From assembly GCA_000165425.1 (NCBI GenBank), contig CT868679.1:303247-323246 (forward strand): DNA of 20,000 nucleotides, written 5' to 3'. Source of the stretch: Paramecium tetraurelia (Eukaryota). The notes under the pieces were generated by a model. That model worked only from the letters and a program-made list of their open reading frames with translations, searched no databases and was not told where the DNA came from. The position numbers were made by a program, and so were the translations under genes. This document shows, one piece after another, positions 12,201-20,000 of this stretch (its first letter is position 1; the number at the start of each line of letters is the position of its first letter).

Positions 12201-13189
12201 TTACAGAACCATATTTAATAAGATGCGATGCAAATGATAAAAGAAATAAATCATACGTAAAAGATAATTAATTGATAATCGAAAAGAATGGAATTTTGTT
12301 CGTATTTGATTGTATTTTATTTAATAATTACTTAGAATTTGACTCAAATTTGAGATTGAATCATATAAAAGTGTATGTTAGATTAGGAGAAACAAAAAAT
12401 AATACTATTAAGATGCCTGCACATATATTTGGGGAGCTAGCATTTACAGAGGCAGGTTTCAATTTGTTAAGGAATTATATTGACTATTTTGTTTAATCAA
12501 TTAGAAGTACTGATGTGGCATTCCAATAAAAACGATCAGCCCTTTGGGCTATTGGACATATTGGATAAAGCAAATATGGAATTAGATTGATTAGAGAATT
12601 AGGGCTAATTTAAGACCTTGTCAAAATGGCAGAATAATACCCAGTATTATCTCTTCGAGGCACTTGTCTTTATACCCTCAATTTAATTTGCACAACTAGT
12701 ATGGGAAGAAAGGAATTAGAAAAGTTTCAATGGATCTCCCATCTAAATTGCAATTCAGGTTGGTTATGTATTCCAAAAAATATCTATCAATTCTTCTATA
12801 TAAGGGTATCATTGTAGGAAAGTCATAGATGCTATTGGGCTTTGTAAGAAGACATTTGGGATAAATATTCCAAATTCTAATCCTATTTCAAGATGAATTA
12901 AACTCAAAAGAAAATTATTGATACAATCTCTTTGATGAGCAATTCAATCACTTATAAAGAAGCTGATAAAGAGTTAAGCAGTTTGAAAAATTCAAAACCT
13001 GAGTGCTTCTAAGATGTTGATCTATTCCATTTAATATTGATGATGATAACATTTTATTAATTCTCAGCTTAGGCTAAGAATAGAATTTTTAGTAATTTTG
13101 ACAAGATTTTCACGTATTAAACGATCAACATCATAATTGAGCATCCAATCTATTAATAATTATCATGTCAAGAACCAATAATTATATGA
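9214..13189 (+). CDS. RICTOR: RICTOR/Avo3/Ste20 homologue (TORC2 subunit), ~1300 aa
   Basis: RICTOR_N-like IRQYAIKFLRYLI..GVHYFIARSL and CGGIRILI; middle KWNWNYILDLLE; MPAHIFGELAFTEAGFNLL; RICTOR_V-like KRSALWAIGHIGQSKYG..MAEQYPVLSLRGTCLYTLNLI; C-terminal KPECFQDVDLF. Introns 9440-9465, 11376-11400, 12014-12035. Spliced length 3903 nt. TGA at 13187-13189. Family assignment is from recalled motifs. Confidence 0.88.
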
Positions 13190-13224
13190 ATATTATAATA
13201 TGATGATTATTATTAACTAATATT

Positions 13225-14226
13225 TCAAATGTCTCTATACCCACATCTTTATTCTGAATTATAATATATTTAAGTCAAAGAAGCAGGATCATTTTTTAAA
13301 TTAAAATAATCTAAGTAGTTTTCTTGAACCCTCTACTTTGACATCCACTATTTATCAATGTCCCAAATAAAAAATAAATATTCATAAAAGCATTACTCAG
13401 TTTAATTGTAGTAATAATAATTGTGAAATGTGATTTTAGCCGGAAATTTTTAGCCATTGTAATTACACGCTTGCAATTAATTAATGGACTGGTTGAAAGT
13501 ATTTAAAGTAAAAAAATTACTTAAATATTATTCACCACAATTATCCTCTGAAAAATATAAAGGAATGGGTATATTCCCTGTTTCCATAGCGTGATGGATT
13601 AACATTTCAGAATTAATTCCCATTAGGTTTAAATATAATTCATTCATAAATCGATATTAAGTCATAACCTAATCTCCAACAACTTTAGATATGTAACCAG
13701 TACATGGTTTATCGATTGTATTCTCAAAATTAAACAAATCGTGTTCCTTAATCATCAAATATTATGATGAATCTAATTTTTTATAATGCAGTTTTTCTAA
13801 AGATTCTTTTAACTGTTCATTTCCTCTACCTAAAATTTGAATAACATTTTCAACAGGTGAAAAGCATCTCTAAATCGGGTCAAATGTCACTGTAATCATA
13901 CTACCATTCTTATCGATTCGATTGATCTTATAATTATAGCAATAAAAATCATTATTTAGTTATCCAATCTGATATTGATTATCAGCATTTCTTGGGATTT
14001 GTACATTTGATTTCAATCTAAAAATGTTATCCAGTTTTAAAGATTTGTACAATCTTACTTCTAAAAAGTTTACTAATTTCAATATATTTTATTCCTTCTA
14101 TTAGGTATATTTTTCCTAGAACTTATCCTCCTTTGTGTATTAATTTTTTTGTTTTTTTTTGTAAATGCTTTTCTTTGTTAATATCTAGTAATCTTGATCT
14201 ATCGATTTTTTTGCCTAAGTAATCAT
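13225..14226 (-). CDS. Hypothetical protein, 333 aa, intronless; possible PAS-like region
   Basis: Uninterrupted 1002-nt ORF in code 6, from ATG 14226 (MITQAKKSIDQ...) to TGA 13227-13225 (...QRCGYRDI*). Confidence 0.8.
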
Positions 14227-14471
14227 TAAAACAATTTAATAAAGATAATTAATCCAATATTTTAATACGGATAAACTTAAAAATACATAATATTCAATTT
14301 TAACATTTACTTTTGATTTGAACGCGCTTCATTAACTTAAAGCATTGAATTCCAGCTTTCAATTTATCAAAAGATGATTGACCAAAAGAACAGAATTACT
14401 AAGCATTATAGTGAAACAAATTTAAATTAATTTGGAAAAGTTTAGATAGTATTAATTATTAATTTTTATAC

Positions 14472-15492
14472 ATGTAAGGTTTAACTAATATAGGCAATAC
14501 ATGCTATATGAATTCAGTCCTTCAAATGCTGTATAAATTAGAACAACTAATGCTGGACATTGATGAAATATACACCAATTCAAAAGAGAATAGTTTTCTT
14601 ATTACTTATTACTTCATGGAAACATTTTATTTGATGAATAATCACGAAATGAAGCCTGAATGGCTAAATCAATTTAGATAAGTAATTTGGTAAATAACCC
14701 CTCTATTAATAAGCTCACAGTATCCATAATTTAAGCTTAACGAATAGTAAGATGCATAAGAATTTTTACTAGCTCTTTTGGACATGTTACATGAAGAATT
14801 AAGGAATCCCTTGTCCGGAAAAATACCTATATTTGAATTTCAATAAGATGGTGAAGTAGTATTAACGTCGCTCATTAGTTATATTGAATTTGAAAAGTCC
14901 CCAATTACTAAACATTTTGGAAATATCATTCGAACTCAAATCATTTGCCAATCTTGTAATTGTATTTAATATCTTCATATATTAAGATAGCAACAATAAA
15001 CTAGAAATAGCTTTCTCGCTTCTCATTAACGTAGAAAGTAGTAAAAATACAGTTTTAGAAATGCTTTAACAATCATTCAATAAAGAAGCAGTTAAAATGA
15101 AATGCCCTAAATGTGAATTGGAAAGAAGGTTTGATAAATAAACTACTGTCCTAAAATATTCTGAATAGCTTCTTATTTGTTTAAATAGATACAGAATACC
15201 TGGAGGATTAATTGATAGATGGTGGAATGGAAATGAAATATAAAAAAGCACTAAATCAATTACTTTAACTAATAAATTAATAATGGGTAAATGTGAGAAG
15301 ATTTTGATTGGAATAGTTGATCACAGTGGTAGTAAAGATAAAGGACACTATCGCTATTTTCATTTAAGTGGTAATGATTGGGTCTGCTTTAATGATGCAA
15401 AAATTAATTTGCTTTGTGAACAATCAATTCAGAAATTGATTCACTAAAATGAAACTTCTTATATTTTGCTTTATTCTAAATTATCATCATGA
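14472..15492 (+). CDS. Ubiquitin-specific protease (peptidase C19), catalytic domain only, ~331 aa
   Basis: Cys box MQGLTNIGNTCYMNSVLQML; QQDAQEFL; Zn-ribbon CQSC..CPKC; His box VDHSGSKDKGHY; WVCFND; SYILLY. Intron 14962-14986 (25 nt). TGA at 15490-15492. Confidence 0.93.
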
Positions 15493-15527
15493 TTAGATTT
15501 TCATATTATATCTTTTATAATAGCTAT

Positions 15528-17220
15528 TCAACAACTCAAATTTTCTATTTTCTATTTCACATAATCAATCTAATCCTAATTGAACTATGGATTGAAATTT
15601 AAATGTTTCAATTATGCTTATAAATTTTCAATTAATTTCTCCCTTAAATTCAGTAATTTATAAAACATTTCTAAAATTTACAGTTTGAAATATTCTAAAA
15701 TTTTATTCTGAAACTCTACTGCATTCATATTCTTAAGGATATTCACTCCTTGCTCTTTTAATTCATCATCTCTGAGAAGCAAAAATTATAAAGAAAACTA
15801 ATAGAACTCTTAAACTAATGGGTATCTGCAATTAATGATTTTTCAAATACAGATTATTTCATTAATGCTTTAAGCTCCTCTACTTTTTTTAATTTAACAT
15901 CTATAAATAATAAGTAACCTAAACTAAATTAAAAAAGATAATGTTAAGTTAATTTATGATTATTCAATAGTTGGTATTAATTATTTGCAATAACCAGAGC
16001 ATCCACATAATTTTCTTATTAAATCAATTATAAAATGCTATGATGATTTACCTCAATAATCTTTTCAATATGGAAATTTATTTTTGATAAGTACTTTAAT
16101 TGTATTTCAGAGTTATCCGTATCTAAATTATACTTTATTCTAAATTAATAATAGTCAAGAAAAACATCTTTTGTTTCTAGGCTATCTTACATTTTAGACA
16201 TTTCCTATTCTATTCTTGATTAAATTGATTCTAAAACCTCATCCGATTATCCCAAATAAAATTAAATATCAAAATTCTAGATTTCAATTTAAATTGCTTG
16301 GTATTTTAGAGGTGTAAATTCAATTCCCTTTTTGTATAATTTTTCAGCTTAGTAAAAATCATTCATCAGTATTGCTAATTTAATTTATTGGATATATGAT
16401 TTAGAAAACAACCTCCTTAATTAATTGATGTAAAAATCTTGATAACTCTTGTTATCTACACTTAGGTTTTTCTCCTGCTTATTTTCTAATTCAATAAATT
16501 TAAGAGTTGATTCAATTATCTCTCCAGCTTGTTCGAATTTAGAAATAGATTATGTGTATAATCCTTTATTATATTATATTTAACCAGCAACTACTAAAGT
16601 CTCAATGTATTAATGAAGATGGACATTTTCCATGTTCTCAAAAAATTCTATCAGATCAAATTTTTGGTTATTTTTCATATTTCTATAAAAATTGCAATGA
16701 TTTTCAATAATATTTTTCCAATGAGACAATGATTTTTCTGCCAATTCTAATTCTTAATTGTGATAATTAATCCTAAATTGAATTCCTGTCAATTCTGCTA
16801 AAAATAACTGTTTCATTAACTCACCTTAATATGTATTCTCATAATCACCAGATATAGCATAAGAAAGATATTGTTAGCATTTATCAAATTTACTATTGTA
16901 ATAAGTGTAAAATGCTAATTAAACAAGATTTTTTCTAAATAAATAGTATGGCTATCTAATAAAATAATTAAATAATACTTCTAATGTTCTAAGAATGATT
17001 ATAAATATTACACTAAATTATTTTCAATAGCTTCTATTTATATAGACATTGTTTCTTTCTCTATTTAGTTTATTGAATTCAGTTGCTATTCATTTAGTTC
17101 AATTAATTTATTAATATTCTACCTGACATCTTAATTACTCAAGCTGAAGTTATATTACAATTTTTGTATTCTTTGGAATGGAATAGAAAATTAATTAAAT
17201 CTAAAAATAGTATTTTTCAT
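15528..17220 (-). pseudogene. Helical-repeat (TPR-like) protein gene with possible mitochondrial presequence; one apparent frameshift near 15840 (pseudogene, error or alternative C-terminus)
   Basis: ATG 17220 MKNTIFRFNQFSIPFQRIQKLQYNFS; intron 16956-16978. The frame is open to TGA 15745-15743, while a second coding-like frame runs ~15840 to TGA 15530-15528. No canonical intron of the right phase joins them. Confidence 0.6.
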
Positions 17221-17250
17221 ATTTATATTATAATTAAGATAAATTAACAA

Positions 17251-18624
17251 ATGTTTCTTGTATTTGCAGCAGCATTTTAATTGTCATCAAGAATCACTTA
17301 AGATTTTAAGATGTCAATATTACATTCATACAAATTAATCCTTGGTTTTTGAATGGTCAAAACCATAATGAAGCTTTTGTAGATTGGGAAGGAATTCCAG
17401 TGCAATAATTTCACACATTTAATGAGAGTAATAAAAATTTACATTAATTATAGATCAATTTCCAATTAACATAACACTAAGAATTTCAACATAATCTTAA
17501 TTTTATCCTTTATTTAGGAAAGTCTTCAGCTTCGATTTCCAGAAGTAGATGAAATTACCTATACTTTACGACCAAAGTAATCTTATTCATTAGCAATTGA
17601 ATATATTTGCACTCAACAAAATCAGGGAATCTAATAAATTGATTTATTTTTTTTATGGAATTAGGCATTATAAACATTGCTAAAACCCTCATACAGCCGT
17701 AATTGATTTTAAGAATATGTTAGCAGTTATATTAATATACTTTACAACAACTTGTAGTTCTCTGTTGTGTATTAGAAACGTATTTATACAATTTGAACTT
17801 ACTCCTACTAAGTAATTATTGACATTTATACTGGTTCCTGCTATTGGATTATTTTTTGTTTATTCAAAAATAATATCATAAATTTTAGCATTTGTAATGC
17901 TATGTGATTTCATTCATTTTGCATCAAAATCATTAATTGTTGGTTTGATAACTTCCTTTCTAATTTTATACTTTCAACACTATATGTTTGAATCTGCTTA
18001 ATTCCAATCAGTTTTCCTAGAAGCTTTGGTTCATCAAATACTTCCTTGTATTATAACAATCGTTTTGCTTATATAAGTCAATCGAGTAACTATAAAATTA
18101 AATGTAGTGTATAATTCTAGCCAATTAATTCTAGCTATTTTTATTTTTTTGCATTATTTGGCTAACAGAAATTTATTCTTTGGTTCATTGAACACAAGTT
18201 GATAAATATATGCTTATATAGAATTTTTAAGATATGCCTGCTTTCATTCAAACAAAGTTTTCAATTTTAATTGCAAACAACGATACTATATGGTAATAAA
18301 AGTAATATTTTGAGATTAAGTATAAACATTGATATCCATTTGTATTAAATAATTGGTTTATCTTTAATACAGTCATTCATCTTTAGACATGGACTACTCA
18401 ATAAAGAACAAATTATAAATATTATCGTTAATGCCATAACCTAATTTACTGGACTGATATTATTTGATCTACTCTATCGATACAAACACAATCCACCATT
18501 TTTACCGCTTATTACTGGCTTTATTCTGCTAGGAATGGTGTTAAATTATTTAAGAACAGGTTCAGGATTGAGAAATCCTTATCTTGAATTTGAGACAATG
18601 GAAGAAAAGATTAGAGTCATTTGA
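17251..18624 (+). pseudogene. Multi-pass membrane protein, SPP/presenilin (A22)-like C-terminal half, with several disablements
   Basis: Signal-peptide-like start MFLVFAAA; canonical introns 17428-17453, 17699-17723, 18086-18107, 18293-18320; many hydrophobic segments; end TGA 18622-18624. The best model needs a frameshift near 17273, an intron lacking its donor G (17492-17517) and an in-frame TGA at 18189-18191. Confidence 0.55.
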
Positions 18625-18975
18625 TGTTTTTAATGCCATATAGTTCTAATAAGCTTAAATTTGATAAGAACATATTATTTAAATTTTGATTGCTGCAAAT
18701 TGATTGTCTTATTTTACCACATTTTCACTCAAAATTTAAATTACAAAGACAAAAGCCTTTTCCCAATATATTTAAAAATTTGAATAACTTTCCCTCCGAT
18801 TTTAACCTATGCATATTTTGTTTTGAGATTTAGAATTTAAAAATATAAATTAATAAAAATTGTCTAATGGCCTTTTTTTCCAAAAATATCTATTTTACTT
18901 TAATCTCGTAATAATAATAATAGTTTTTGATTACTTTTAACTAATCTTTAGCAAATAAATAGCCTTTTGGCTTAT

Positions 18976-20000
18976 ATGAAAATTAGATTGATTTATTAAA
19001 TAATAGGATTTGAATTTCATTCAGAGGTTGATAAACAAACATTAAATTTCATACTTTAGGATTTTTTTGCGTTGTGTTAATTCAAGATTTTTTCTTTTAA
19101 TATAAAAGAAGAAAAAATTGATGTGTTTGAGTCAAATAAGTCTCAACAAATAACTAGCTGTGCGTGAAATTAAGGAAGAGAAATCACAAAAGGCTTGCAC
19201 TTCTAATGATAATTTTACTGAACTTCTTAGTTTTAACTATCTTTTGTGCCTTATTAAATTATCAAACGAATGAATAATGAATAAGTCTTTTATAATATCA
19301 GGCTAAGAACTAACTTTGATGTAATTGGCGATGAAATCACAAAAACTCAATAATAAGTAAGTGTTAATTAGGTTATCTGGAAAACGCAATAAAAACAAAA
19401 GTAATTATGCAACAAGAAAAAAGCAATCTTAATCATCATAATGATAAATAATAAAATTAAATGCAACAAAATACCTTTTAATACTTAAAAACTAGTGAAA
19501 AATTATCAATTCGAATAATAAAAATCATGAAATTGATAACTTCAATAAAAGTAAACTCGAAGATTATCAATTATTTATATATAACATAGAAAGATATATA
19601 GAAGCTTGTAATTTTCTGATTCAATTATTAATAGATCCTCCAGGAGATTCATTCTAATAAAGATCACTATTCGAATAATTGAGAAGTTTTTGTGCTGTTT
19701 CAAAAAAATCTTTTTAATATATTTATATAATTAGATTGGAAGAAACTTTGATGATTCTTAATTTATCTATTAAACTTGACTTTGAAGCTTCAATTTTTAC
19801 AATCCCGAAATACAATTAGTTGGGGATAATTTCTAAGCAGTTACTTTCTTTTTTAATAGTACTTCCTCAAAGAATAGATCTAATGAATCAATTTGAAGAA
19901 GTTTTGGAAACTTAGATTTAGCTATTTCGAAAAACCCTAATTATTCTGGCTATTTCCACAGAATAGGTATCTGTAAAAGACGTGTTCGCTTTGCTTTGAT
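18976..20000 (+). pseudogene. Decayed TPR-family gene
   Basis: ATG 18976 MKIRLIYQIIGFEFHSEVDKQTLNFIL. Coding-like text jumps between frames with TGAs at 19165-19167 and 19271-19273. TPR-like fragments RLEETLMILNLSIKLD and MNQFEEVLE / DLAISKNPNYSGYFHRIG are split by a frameshift near 19910. Confidence 0.6.

Noticed and set aside
14374..14478. Upstream ATG plus 30-nt GTA..AAG segment as an extra USP exon and intron
   Set aside because: Splicing it gives the wrong frame for the Cys box, and ATG 14472 is in frame directly.
1..15492. Frequent in-frame TAA/TAG suggesting pseudogenes
   Set aside because: They fall at conserved Gln positions, so this is code reassignment.
15830..15850. Euplotes-type programmed +1 frameshift
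   Set aside because: The required shift is -1, there is no AAA-stop motif, and TAA/TAG are sense codons here.
16564..16584. 21-nt GTT..AAG intron candidate on the minus strand
   Set aside because: 3n, weak donor, and it reads plausibly as coding (GQIQYNKG); not needed.
17178..17250. Alternative + strand ATG at 17178, in frame with the first membrane-gene exon
   Set aside because: It would overlap the opposite gene's start and lacks an N-terminal signal-like segment. Disfavoured but not excluded.
1..20000. Retained IESs, telomeric repeats, transposon, tRNA/rRNA or CRISPR array
   Set aside because: All interruptions in intact genes are GT..AG introns. I saw no tandem C4A2/C3A3 runs, transposase motifs, structured RNA genes or spaced direct repeats.

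Overview
AT-rich, gene-dense eukaryotic DNA with the hallmarks of a Paramecium macronuclear chromosome (species not determinable): genetic code 6 (TAA/TAG = Gln, TGA the only stop), 22-28 nt GTA...(T/A)AG introns and very short intergenic regions. The standard-code ORF track is therefore misleading. Retranslated by hand, the first ~15.5 kb holds six clean genes: a 5'-truncated Q/E-rich TPR protein, Hsp110/SSE with a candidate heat-shock element, an N-terminal-motor kinesin, a compact RICTOR (TORC2) homologue, an intronless hypothetical protein with a possible PAS-like region, and a minimal USP deubiquitinase. The last ~4.5 kb holds three consecutive gene-like regions with frame disruptions: a helical-repeat protein with a mitochondrial-like presequence, a multi-pass membrane protein resembling a catalytically dead signal-peptide-peptidase (GxGD) homologue, and a decayed TPR gene. 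The first two are head-to-head with only 30 bp between their ATGs. I see no mobile element, CRISPR array, RNA gene or clearly novel multi-gene system. The best leads are the disrupted block, the SPP-like protein, the RICTOR insertion and some unusual tiny introns.
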